Positions 53,111 to 64,000 of a stretch of 64,000 bases of DNA are shown here, in pieces. The notes under the pieces were generated by a model that worked only from the letters and a program-made list of their open reading frames with translations, did not search any database and was not told where the DNA came from. Both the position numbers and the translations under genes were made by a program. Source of the DNA: Phallusia mammillata (Eukaryota); contig OZ281496.1 of the NCBI GenBank assembly GCA_965637545.1, positions 26,722,001 through 26,786,000 on the forward strand, written 5' to 3'. How positions within the stretch are numbered: the first letter of the stretch is position 1; every line of letters starts with the position of its first letter.

Positions 53111-54321
53111 CTTGTAATGTTATTGTTTTTGTAGTATAAAGTCTAAGTGACCTGGTGGAAAAACTTGCAAAACACAGATTTAAAAAAAAATAGGGTTACT
53201 TGTATCATAACAAAAATAACCGTACATAGTAAACGACGTGCATCTAATACAAATAACATACGACAAGATTGTACTAAAGTACGTCTTTTTGGCGACTTGA
53301 CCTGTGGTTAAGCAAAAAGTGATTGACGTTAGCACTCAGGGCGAACAAAAAACTCTCATATAGTCCTTAAATTTCCTTTAACAACTAACTAAGGAGAAAA
53401 ACAATAACTAAAAGCACAAAATTGTCAACAATAAAAATAACTTGAAAGTTGAAAATATTTTTTAGCTAAAGTGTAACGGCTTTCTGTAACGCATGAACTT
53501 GTCGAAAGTTATTCACGTTAGCAATCAGACAATTTAGTCCAGAAGAAATTTCCAAATTTCTCATAAAGCTGACGAATTTCATGCAAACATTTTTCTACAC
53601 CTTATACCAGACAACCGGATAAGGAGAACGATGAAACTTCCCACAGAGGCACAAAGTGTCCACAAATTTTGCAGAAAACATGAATAGAGTTATTGCTCAA
53701 TTCCATCCTGGTCTAAGTCTTATCTAACAAAAAATTCTTCGGCCACGTTCTATTGAGTGCTGGGCTGTTCTTTTTACAACGTTATGAAGCAGCACTGTAC
53801 AGTGCCTTTTCATTAACTTTTCAGAGGCAAGTTGTTTACTACAGAAGCGAAACCAGGGTTCCTCGAACAGGGGGAATTATTACTTTACTACTTAATCGTC
53901 AGTATCCAGACAGCTCCTTATTCGGGGTTCATTAAACTTACGCAGCTAAGTTACATGTCAACCTTCAAAGTCTTATCGAATCCCACATTTTAGTTCCAGA
54001 GAAAAGGTGACCAAGAAGCGCGATACTACGTCAAGTTTCAGGAATCGAGTCCATTTTAGTTTTGGAGATGTTGGTACTAGTGATTCACTTCTCTCTGGTA
54101 ATACATAGGCTATATCTGCCGATACGTGTGGTAAATTGCATTGTTTACAATTACGCATTTCGAAATCATTGACGAAATGCAATTTAATAATAAACAACCA
54201 AGCGAGAAATTTGAAAATTACAAAGTTATAGGTATATTCTACTTTTTTATGCTGCCCTGTTTGGTAAACATCAAAACGTATAAAATGTGCAGACGAACTT
54301 CAATCCCAACCAAAACAGGCA

Positions 54322-54549
54322 CAAGCGTTGTTATGTGCTACCGTACCGAAAGCAATCTGTCGCATTTCCATATCACTTTCTAGCATTAGATAAGCCTCCT
54401 GGACGTACCAAGTTGACCTGGCATTTACATTGAAGCAAGCGTTGTTATGTGCTACCGTACCGAAAGCAATCTGTCGCATTTCCATATCACTTTCTAGCAT
54501 TAGATAAGCCTCCTGGACGTACCAAGTTGACCTGGCATTTACATTGAAG
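54322..54549. repeat. Exact tandem duplication of a 114-bp unit
   Basis: caagcgttgttatgtgctacc...gcatttacattgaag occurs at 54322-54435 and 54436-54549. Confidence 0.95.
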
Positions 54550-55327
54550 CCTCATAGCTGCGTATGCTGAGGCATCACGTTGCGCTCTCGACGTACGCTA
54601 GCTCGAGGAAGAGCTCATTGCACACTCCAGATTGTTTCCTGTAAATGATTGGTTACGCAATGCTGCGTTTGCTCTTGTTTACGGACTTCGGTCACACGAG
54701 TTTAGCTTTGCCTGTCTGTCTCTGTCAAGTCTAATAAAACGACAAATCTGCATAAACATCGCACCATCATTGGAATAGATGCCTTGTCAGTGATAACAAA
54801 ATCTCTATTTGGCAACGTTGCACATAGCTTTAACAAGTTGTGCCCAACAACATAAGTGCACAATCCACTGCTTTTATTAGTTCTGATCAGAAAATTCATG
54901 AAACAACCTGGTTACGGTCGTTGATTGATTGCGTATTCAATGACGCTTTAGTTTCGCCAGTGGGGTTTTAATAGGTATTTTGCAGGCTTGCTTACGACAA
55001 GTTTGTTTCGTTTTCCCAGGTCATTACGAATGAGAACAATAGCACTTGTCGAAACGCATCACCTTCTCTACACCACATGGTGCCATTGTTTCACAAATAA
55101 AAAACAATAACGAGGAATAATTGAGCACTTTGCAGCCTAGGCCAACTCGTTAGGCAATTAATAAGAAATACACAGTAGGCAAATAACTTTTTTAATTCAT
55201 TTTGCAACATAGAGTATAGTTTATATTGGGTCTGCATGGTCTGAATTGTCTGTTAAATCCATACTGAGCCCAATTAACCAATCAATTCATTTATGACCAA
55301 ATATTGCTAACAATCACAAGGCACTTG

Positions 55328-56305
55328 TCACAAAACAGAGCTTGACATGTGTTCATCATTTAAGGAATCGCGTATTTCCATTCGAGCCGGGTTAAAATGA
55401 TCATTGAAGGGTATGAGAACGATTGTTTTCCAGTTAGAAAATGTAAACGTAATCGCCAAACAATTTGCAATAACGTTAAGGTTCATGATAGCATATACAT
55501 GAAGGAAGTCTCTCCACTGTGAAGCAAAAATCGCTTCAACAACTAAACTTAGATTGGATGCTAAACACAGAGCTTCGGTAAGGGCACAACGCTTGAATAA
55601 ACTCTTCAATTTCTTAGCGTTTCGTGGTGTTGTGTTCGTCCGCAGAGGGTTTAGAAACAGCCAAAGTAAAATTATTTCACCCAAGGTTCCACAACAGCCG
55701 CCAACTATTAACGCAGGAAATACTTGGTATGAACTTGCAAACCCACAACCGGTTTGCTTGGAAACAAATTTACCCAAAGCCATAACAATAGCGTGAACCG
55801 AAACCAAAGAGGCAAGAATAGCCACTATGCTTAACCGACTTAGACGTCTTGTACATACACAACGCAGTTCTTTAAGCAGCGGGTCTTCGTAAAGAAAGCG
55901 CTGCCGCAACCAAAGGAACACATACACTGAGGCCTTGAAGAAAAGAGAAGCACCGATCACAATACTGTGTGAAACCATACATTCGACGTCTTGTGAATCC
56001 CCAAAGCCGACATTCATGGCATATTGAAACGATATTAAAGATATAATTCCAGTAACGTACGTTGATATTGCCGAGAGAAAAAAACATTTTGACGAATGAA
56101 CGTGTTTTTGTCCGCATTCAGAATTGCCGAAGGTTTTTCTCTTGACGGTGAAAACCACAAATGATACTGCAAGCCAAAGAGTCAGAAACAGTCCACATAC
56201 GTTGAGAATTTCGGAAATAATCCAAAACAGGTTGTCAGTTCGAGAGAGTTCTTCTTTTGAATAAGTAAACGACTTGTTTACAAAACTATTTGGCGGAAAT
56301 CCCAT
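55328..56305 (-). CDS. Orphan 7TM GPCR-like receptor 2, single coding exon, about 325 aa (first ATG at 56305)
   Basis: Same motifs: C in ECMVS, YVFLWLRQRFLYEDP, GCGF, LFLNPL, FKRCAL and TFSNWKTIVLIPF. Confidence 0.85.
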   Translation of the reverse strand: MGFPPNSFVNKSFTYSKEELSRTDNLFWIISEILNVCGLFLTLWLAVSFVVFTVKRKTFGNSECGQKHVHSSKCFFLSAISTYVTGIISLISFQYAMNVGFGDSQDVECMVSHSIVIGASLFFKASVYVFLWLRQRFLYEDPLLKELRCVCTRRLSRLSIVAILASLVSVHAIVMALGKFVSKQTGCGFASSYQVFPALIVGGCCGTLGEIILLWLFLNPLRTNTTPRNAKKLKSLFKRCALTEALCLASNLSLVVEAIFASQWRDFLHVYAIMNLNVIANCLAITFTFSNWKTIVLIPFNDHFNPARMEIRDSLNDEHMSSSVL

Positions 56306-58182
56306 TTGTGGCACTAAGAGCACAGAAAGAGTAAACCTGAGTACACCTTTAGTTATTTTCCAGAATGCCGTCTATTGAACAGCTCTTTGACCTTTAAAGA
56401 ACACAGAACATTATTACTTTTTGTGCTCAATCATGAATAAATAATTTAAAGTCAGGCGCCAAAAAAGTCTGAACATTCGCCAGTAAAATCTTTGGTAATC
56501 TCGTACTATGCTTACCAAGCTGCAACTTAATTATCGTGTATTACCTCGATGTTCTCATATTGTTAAAGCTATAGTTCAAGAAAATATCCGCACGAACACC
56601 TGAGTAGTTATCGATCTGGGATTGATATATCCTCTCTTGAGAGACTCAGTAGTGACTAAGCGGTTTATTATCTCCTTTTGTGATTTGTTTGAGAAAGATA
56701 TGTACATTACACAACCTTTGAATTGCCACATGACAGGCTAAATCATGATATTGCGAAGCCTATAATCTTTAAAACCAACATTTGAACGTCTGGAAAGATC
56801 AACGTGTAAATTGACACATATTTCATTTTAAATTAATTTCCAACATAATATAAAAGATACCCATGTACAACCACATTAAAGCTCAATTACGATAATGTGA
56901 GGCCTATAACCTTCCAAACCATCATTTATATAACTGGATATACCAGCGTGTAAATTGACTCTTCATTTCTGAATTAAATCTCACCAACGTGTGTTTACAT
57001 TTTTCATTCGAACACTTCGTCACGTACGAGCGAAGAAATAGTTTAAAAAATTAAAGCACAAATTGTAATTCTTGTCTGGAAATGAAATTCTGCATCTCAA
57101 GCAAAGCAGCATTATACGCGTATACCCATCATTGTCCAATACATTGTCCAAATAAATTGGACAGAAGTTAGGAGAACCTTTTTTTGCAGTTGGATTTATT
57201 GTTTCATCTTAATAAAACGCATTTCAATACATACAGAGACCACGAACAAATGCAAAATAACTGCATATTGCACATTTAAATAAAAAAGAGAGGGAAATAT
57301 AGGAAAGGATAAGCACAGTCAAGAATTTAGCAGAACCAAGGCAACAAGAATTAGAGTTGAAGGCGTAGAACAAATATAAACTTTTTTCAGATTCTGCAGT
57401 AAATGTGAACGGCGAGAACCCTTATATGTGTGTTGGTGGTAAACAACAACCAGGACCTTGAAATATATACAAGTAAATGAAGGGTCAGATAATATACATT
57501 GTTATGATTTATATGTGTTCCAAACTTGATGAGTGGTATTTTTCGCTGTGTTGTTTTGTTATATCATGAACAAACATTAGGTGGTGCTGCACTGCATATT
57601 TTAAGCGGTTTTATAGACCCTGCTTTGATACGAATCAAACAAACACACTAACAGCGTAGTAGAGCAAGGCAGAAATGCAACGACGTCCGCTCTCATTAGT
57701 GATAAATGGTTTCCAATTTACAACCAATTGATCAACGATCAGTGACTTTCAGACAGGGAGGAAGAGCGCATCAAATTACGTTTTGGGCAAACCGTTTGAC
57801 CCCAGGGTGGGCAACATGCAACCTACGGATCACTATTTGCTGTATACAAGTACCAAATCATTAAGAAATACTTACGCCATCACAAAAAATGTAAAAAACG
57901 TAACTAATTTTGTTTTGTAATGAAAATACAGTTGTTTGTTTGCTGGTAACGGCTGGTTTAAAGTCACAAAGTATTATTAACAAAGCTACAAACAAACAAT
58001 GAAATTAAGCAACAACTCCTAGTTTTACCTGTTGCTGTAACTGCAAAGTGGGGCACATTGCACACTTGGGGCCCTGTTTCAACAGGAATTACACGATATG
58101 CATAAAGTTACGTGTTGTACCAAAGACATGTAACAATTGAACGCATTTCTCAGTGTCTATAATATATATCTATACAGCAGAG

Positions 58183-59160
58183 TTATACAGCATCAGTGTT
58201 AGCAGTGGCCCCTTCGCTTGAGCTTGGAACCGTTTTCTTTGTGTCTGCCGGTCGCCACCAAGCCTTGAAAGGAGTGAGCATTATTTGGTCCCACGTTTCA
58301 AAGGATAGATAGACAGCGACCAAATTCACGACTACGTTGATTTCAAACAGCATCACTGCCAGATGTGTGGTTGGCCTGGCCAGGAACGCTAAGTTGATGG
58401 TGGCGGTTAGGTCGGTAATGGTGCAGATCAGCGCCATAAGGGCTGATCTCTTTAAAAGTCCGATCATTCTATCAGCACTGTGACGGTTGGCTTGAAAACT
58501 CATCGGGTACGCAAAAAGAATAAGCATTAGAATTTGCCCAAAAGTGGTAACAGCGCTGGCTAGATAAGCCGGCCATTGTGTTGGAACTCCCAAGAATAGA
58601 ATGTTACAACCGTTTGCCGTGTAGGTGTAGTGGTTTGAGGCTAGGTAGAGGATTCCGGAGACAAGTAAACCAATAAGAATTACACCAATACTTGTCCAGC
58701 TGATAATGCGAACCCAGTTTTTGTATAAGGCGTTAAGTATAGGATGCTTGTAAAGGGTACGTTGTCTGAGCCACAGAAAAAGATATATAAAGGACAATGT
58801 GATAATGTAACCTGCTGTACCCATTTGATGGGCATCCTGGCAGCCAGTCTGTGTATTCGTAGCGTAACCGTAATTGTATGTAGCAAGATCGGAAAACACA
58901 CGAATAAAACCTAAAAACTGAGCCGCCGTTGCAAATGTATACACCAGGCCGGCACTGGCCTTTGTGGAACTGTTGCTGTCGCCCGAACGCCATTTCCCGT
59001 GGTGAATTCCGTAGAAAAGGAGAGAAAACGACATCCAGGTTAGGAGAAATATTGATACCGCGTTAACCGAGGTTGCAACGATCCAGTCAACCTGGTGATA
59101 TTTGTTGATAAACTGAATGGCGGTACTTGTTACCAACGTTGAAGCGTTTGTACTCGCCAT
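58183..59160 (-). CDS. Orphan 7TM GPCR-like receptor 3, single coding exon, about 325 aa
   Basis: Same motifs: GCQDA, YLFLWLRQRTLYKHP, GCNI, LFAYPM, LKRSAL and SFETWDQIMLTPF. Confidence 0.85.
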   Translation of the reverse strand: MASTNASTLVTSTAIQFINKYHQVDWIVATSVNAVSIFLLTWMSFSLLFYGIHHGKWRSGDSNSSTKASAGLVYTFATAAQFLGFIRVFSDLATYNYGYATNTQTGCQDAHQMGTAGYIITLSFIYLFLWLRQRTLYKHPILNALYKNWVRIISWTSIGVILIGLLVSGILYLASNHYTYTANGCNILFLGVPTQWPAYLASAVTTFGQILMLILFAYPMSFQANRHSADRMIGLLKRSALMALICTITDLTATINLAFLARPTTHLAVMLFEINVVVNLVAVYLSFETWDQIMLTPFKAWWRPADTKKTVPSSSEGATANTDAV

Positions 59161-59430
59161 CACAATTGTACAGAAAAGTTTAAAATATATATTTTTACTT
59201 GCTTCACTTAAAGTACGTGTTACCCTTGAAGAAAAATAAACAAATTTACATCACAACAAGCTAAACAAATATTGTAACAAACCCCGCCACAAAATAATGC
59301 TTTGTTACCAAGGTGTGTAGTATATTATAAATCACGAGTCACCAGAGACTCAGTACGACAGATGGAGACAACAGTCGCATATAATAACAGACTGAAAACT
59401 TTGACAAGTCTGAAGTCGTCCACCGTTTTA

Positions 59431-59477
59431 TTAGACATATATATTTCGCCTAAGTAATAGGCATCGTCAGTATCTAA
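59431..59477 (-). ncRNA. Second copy of the hammerhead ribozyme (inverted arm)
   Basis: Exact reverse complement of 60998-61044. Confidence 0.8.
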
Positions 59478-59903
59478 AAACAAAACAGCGCTAAAAAATG
59501 GTATGCAAGTTAAACTATAAAGCACAAACAAACGTATTAAAACCTGCTGACAGTAAGGTAGAACTGGGACCTGCAGATGGCGCGGCCAAACACGCACTAG
59601 TAAAGATGTAACGAAAAGGAAAAACGCTCAATCTGTGGCGCGGGGCAAAAGAAGGTAGATAAGGACGGCAGAAGCGTTGTAAAAAACAATGGCGGAAACA
59701 CTGATAAAAAATGAACGGACAAAATGCGCGTAGGAATAAAAGAATAAAATGTTATTTAATGTAGGGTAAAAACATTTTTTGTATGTTTATTTCAGCTCCA
59801 ATCTTGCTGGCCCACTTACTTTCATATAGATGTCCAGTAGATGGATAGGTGGCTGCTCCAAAAACTGCACCCGAAAACACGTGCTGATAGGGTCACGGGC
59901 ATT

Positions 59904-60103
59904 NNNNNNNNNNNNNNNNNNNNNNNNNNNNNNNNNNNNNNNNNNNNNNNNNNNNNNNNNNNNNNNNNNNNNNNNNNNNNNNNNNNNNNNNNNNNNNNNN
60001 NNNNNNNNNNNNNNNNNNNNNNNNNNNNNNNNNNNNNNNNNNNNNNNNNNNNNNNNNNNNNNNNNNNNNNNNNNNNNNNNNNNNNNNNNNNNNNNNNNNN
60101 NNN
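59904..60103. other. Assembly gap (200 N)
   Basis: Run of N between the two Penelope arms; true length unknown. Confidence 1.
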
Positions 60104-60724
60104 GCAACGAGCTTTCCATCACTACTCCAACCTTCCGCAAAAGACCGAAGTGTGGTAAAAAAAAATATCACAACAACATACAAACGACCACCAACACTCG
60201 GAAACCTCCTTACCCGCTACAGGCGGCTAGCGCAAGTCGGGGAAAACAGTTCCATGCCTATTGGGGGCTCATCTGCACCTTGTGGACACTGTGCTTTGTG
60301 TGGACACTTTGGAAATCACAAAGGAATGGTTGACTATACCACTAACATACAAAACAAAAAGGGTGTAACAAAGTTACGGCAAACACTCACATGCCGCAAC
60401 TATGGCATATATGCTGCCACCTGCACAATATGCCAAAAGCAGTATGTCGGTCAAACGAAAAATAAGTTTTCAGTACGTTGGACGGGACACAGATCTATGT
60501 GGAATTCATTCAAACCGGGTGATTATAACGAAAAGGCAGCCCTTTGTCAGCACTATGCCACAGAGCATAGCGCCAATGCCCGTGACCCTATCAGCACGTG
60601 TTTTCGGGTGCAGTTTTTGGAGCAGCCACCTATCCATCTACTGGACATCTCTGAAAGTAAGTGGGCCAGCAAGATTGGAGCTGAAATAAACATACAAAAA
60701 ATGTTTTTACCCTACATTAAATAA
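60104..60724 (+). CDS. GIY-YIG endonuclease domain of a Penelope-like element (Neptune-type Cys linker), open at the gap; no RT visible
   Basis: YKRPPTLGNLL linker, CGHCALC, LTCRNYGIYAATCTICQKQYVGQT, RWTGH, QHY, ESKW. Confidence 0.9.
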   Translation, partial: ATSFPSLLQPSAKDRSVVKKNITTTYKRPPTLGNLLTRYRRLAQVGENSSMPIGGSSAPCGHCALCGHFGNHKGMVDYTTNIQNKKGVTKLRQTLTCRNYGIYAATCTICQKQYVGQTKNKFSVRWTGHRSMWNSFKPGDYNEKAALCQHYATEHSANARDPISTCFRVQFLEQPPIHLLDISESKWASKIGAEINIQKMFLPYIK

Positions 60725-60997
60725 CATTTTATTCTTTTATTCCTACGCGCATTTTGTCCGTTCATTTTTATCAGTGTTTCCGCCATTGTTTTTTACAACG
60801 CTTCTGCCGTCCTTATCTACCTTCTTTTGCCCCGCGCCACAGATTGAGCGTTTTTCCTTTTCTTTACATCTTTACTAGTGCGTGTTTGGCCGCGCCATCT
60901 GCAGGTCCCAGTTCTACCTTACTGTCAGCAGGTTTTAATACGTTTGTTTGTGCTTTATAGTTTAACTTGCATACCATTTTTTAGCGCTGTTTTGTTT

Positions 60998-61044
60998 TTA
61001 GATACTGACGATGCCTATTACTTAGGCGAAATATATATGTCTAA
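60998..61044 (+). ncRNA. Minimal type-I hammerhead ribozyme in the Penelope 3' region
   Basis: TTAGATA-CTGACGA-T-GCCT attactt AGGC-GAAA-TATATA-TGTCTAA. Stem I is TTAGATA/TGTCTAA, stem II is GCCT/AGGC, stem III is palindromic, and the predicted cleavage is after AUA (61037). Confidence 0.8.
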
Positions 61045-63779
61045 TAAAACGGTGGACGACTTCAGACTTGTCAAAGTTTTCAGTCTGTTGTTACCAAGGT
61101 AAAATAAATTCTTCAAATTTGCACACTGCCTCACTGCAATTGCTGAACCTGCTGTTTTATGGACTGCCAAAATTATATGCATATTGTAGCAGTATGCCAA
61201 TGTATGTCAGTCAGTTAGTCATCGCTCTGAAACCGAGAACTACTTTACGACGTGTCATATTTTTTGTGTCATACAGCACTGTTGAGCAAATGTCCTTAGC
61301 AACACTACATTTAAAAATGAAATGTGACAGCCCTCTAAGACGCTTAAATTAGTTTATCATCCATGGGATGCACGGGGAAAATGTTTCAAGCGTTTAACCT
61401 GAAAACTACGGATCGGTAACAAACTTCTCGCGGACCTGCACCAGGCCGCGGACCGGCGGTTGCCGACCACTGCTTCAAATAATATTAAAAGTCACCAAAA
61501 TGACCAATTAAATTAATCTGTCATGACCTCGTTTCTGTACTAAACTTTTTGTCTGCAACATTTCATGAGATACGTCTGACTAATATAAGTTTATTAGCGT
61601 TCTGCTAGACCAATTTTAACATTGTGCAACCAGTTTAGCAAGGGCTTAACTTAAAACCTAAAAAAAAACACTATTTTATTTAAAATTTTATGTATGATTT
61701 GTCAAATATATTGCTTTTTTGCAGTGTAGCCCTGTTCTAACGTAGTTCCGAAAAACAAGGCAGTTATTCAAACACACATTCGCCTCAAAATTAACACTTC
61801 ATTTTGCCATTGTATCTTTTTTGTTGTTATTAGGCGGCCATCCGGGCTAAAGCAAACGCCCTGCGCACATCCTGGTTTTATTGGGATGTAACCCTTGAGC
61901 TACTCGCAATATATACATCCCGTTCCTGGGTGCTGATTGGCCATGCAACCGCCATCATCCAACTTTCAAGCTTGATAAAATCGTCACCAACTAAAATGGG
62001 CGAATAAGCACGATTTTGACAAGGTAAAGAGCTCGTGATGAAGCGTTAAACTGCGCTAAAGGTCAGATTTGGAGGTTGATTGATCGAATCGAAGTGATGG
62101 TTATGTAAGAATATGCGTTTGTTACAATTACTGCTGTCACGGTGTCGCTATTTGCAGCCTCTTATCGTGACTTGCGCTTTTCTGCTGACACTGACTGCGT
62201 CTTACCTGGCGTGTCAAGAGTGGGGTTATTTGTGGGTTAATTTAGGATGTTAATCAACGTTGACGTGTCAGGTTGAGGTCTTCCATGTTCAAAATGATTT
62301 TTTAACGCTGTTCAAATTTGTCGCTATGTCATGATGAACTGTAGGCTGCAGACGGTACTGTTTGCGTGATATTGTGACTTGTATATAAAGTTATTATGCT
62401 GTTGTCATGTCTCCGCTTGGTGTTAAAAGCGTTTTTATTTTTCGGAGAATAAGTAATTTTCTAGCGTTTTCGGGCTTTGGGTTCGAAGAAATCAATCAGT
62501 CAACCAATCAATATAACTTATTTGTTTCAGCGCCCAAGTATAATAATAAAGAAAGGTAACATACGAATAAACGTGTGTAACAAGCGTTGGAACAAAAGGG
62601 GTGCAGCTGGAGCAACAATTCACTATTTTTACAAGCTGATACATGTATTTGTTGTCGGCAAATTTATGTATAATTGTTGCGAAACAGAAGAAAAAAGTAA
62701 GAGAGTTAGGAAAGAACAAAGAAATACTTTGGTCAAACGCCTTTTGTGAGGTTTGGTACAACAACAACAAAAAGTGCAAAAACACTGCGTCCTAAAATTA
62801 ACATAGGAACCCTTTACATAGGAACGGATTATTTAAGGCCGGACCGACTGTTTGGCTCAAGCCGTTCATGGTTGTCACGCAATGCTTACGCGTCGAAAAT
62901 TTGAAACGAGACAGTCACGTTTTGCAAAAAGAACTAGATCACCTCATTGGTGTAAACACCCTGCAGGATTTCACGTACTTCGTCATGGTTATTACACATA
63001 ACACGGTCATACGTATACTTTCTTGCGACAAAATGCGGATATGCGGTGTTGCACTATAAACAATACTTGACCTCACGTGGCATGTTTTAAATGCAGAATA
63101 CAAAGACCTAGATTTCGTTTCCGCTAGAACTACAAAAGGTTGAATCAATAAAGTTTGAAGTTACTGTATAACAGCACGGCCGGAAAACAAATGTAAGTGT
63201 CTTGTGAATCTGTTTGCTCACACCATGCACATTCAATCGTGTGTATATACTGTATACAGATCAGAGTTGTTAACCGGCCTGAAATCGGAGCCCGAACCCG
63301 GCCCAAAAGTACAAGCCCGAAATCTGGCCTGAACCCGAGTTGCCGTTTTGGTCCGTAAGTTCAATTATTGCCTCCTACGGGAAGCAAAGACAACAAATAT
63401 GGACAATAAAAGGCACTGGCCTTGAACAATACGATTTTGTGGCTGCTGGTCATTAGGTTAGGTCGAGCAACTAGCTACTTAGCTATAGAAAAGCAAGATT
63501 GACAATGAGATTGCTCGGTTATAAGACAATTGTAAAAGCACTTTCCACAAAAATAAAGAAAATCAAAATCACATATTATTGTATAAAGTATATTTCAACG
63601 AATAATTCATGTGCGGTATACAGTACGGTTGTTCAGCGCAGACAGTAAGTCCAGTAAGTTTTAAGCTGCGCTTTGTCACTTTAACCAGAGATGGATTACA
63701 TTGTAATTCAAGATTTAGGTGAGATGTGCAGCAATGGGCATAAAAATCGGCAAGTATAAACGACTCTCAGCATCCCATG

Positions 63780-64000
63780 TTAAAGATCAGTTACAGTGCG
63801 GCTGCCAGATGTAGTTTCTTCTTTTGGTTTCATCTTTATACAACTCTTAAAGGGCCAAACAGCAATCTCAAACCAAGTCTCGAACGAGAGGAAAACTCCC
63901 AGCAAGTTGAGTGTCATATTTACAGAGAAGAACATCCATGGAAGATGCGGAGCAGGTGGAGCTCTCAAATAAGCTGAAGCTATAGCATCCGTTGTCATGC
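63780..64000 (-). CDS. Orphan 7TM GPCR-like receptor 4, C-terminal part (TM6-TM7-helix 8); runs off the right edge
   Basis: TTDAIAS...VNMTLNLLGVFLSFETWFEIAVWPF matches the C-termini of receptors 1-3. Confidence 0.8.
   Translation of the reverse strand, partial: MTTDAIASAYLRAPPAPHLPWMFFSVNMTLNLLGVFLSFETWFEIAVWPFKSCIKMKPKEETTSGSRTVTDL

Larger units (their letters stand above)
59315..61087 (+). mobile_element. 5'-truncated Penelope-like retroelement with an inverted partial duplicate (pLTR-type structure)
   Basis: About 515-bp inverted arms (about 59386-59903 vs 60575-61089) that differ by one substitution and a 2-bp indel, a flanking 13-bp direct repeat TTGTTACCAAGGT (59302-59314, 61088-61100), and a GIY-YIG ORF. 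Confidence 0.9.

Noticed and set aside
59325-61102. Duplicated ORFs MRVWPRHLQVPV... (59325-59597, 60878-61102)
   Set aside because: These are chance ORFs in the non-coding Penelope arms, and the frame runs through the hammerhead.
61828-62060. ttaggcggcc...-type element as a Helitron/Helentron derivative
   Set aside because: Single copy in the window with no demonstrable termini, so it cannot be supported.
1-64000. CRISPR arrays, rRNA, tRNA genes, prokaryotic operons and U12-type introns
   Set aside because: None seen. The only B-box-like motif (about 41520) lacks a cloverleaf, and ATATCCTT-like words are on the wrong strand or outside intron starts.

Overview
AT-rich, intron-rich animal genomic DNA. 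An ascidian or other tunicate is my inference from composition, intron size, MITE families and divergent chordate-like orthologues. Left to right: (1) 1-3600 is the 5' end of a minus-strand, apparently non-coding multi-exon unit built from duplicated exon-intron modules. Each module's intron carries a conserved GCAUG-rich hairpin. (2) CEP192 (minus, about 4337-29677), with several hAT MITEs in its introns, including a triple-nested one. (3) TMEM177 with an intronless CDS (plus), divergent from CEP192. (4) A five-exon NCOA4/ARA70 orthologue (minus) that the ORF track only partly shows. (5) Two tandem, intact KAP-family P-loop NTPase genes (NKPD1/Kidins220-like, four TM helices). One has a degenerate Walker B and a large Ala-rich coiled-coil insert. 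(6) A tandem array of at least four single-coding-exon orphan 7TM (GPCR-like) genes (minus). It is interrupted by a Penelope-like retroelement (GIY-YIG) with about 515-bp inverted arms, a 13-bp TSD and a minimal hammerhead ribozyme in each arm. Gene models were assembled by eye and family calls rest on recalled motifs; no searches were run.
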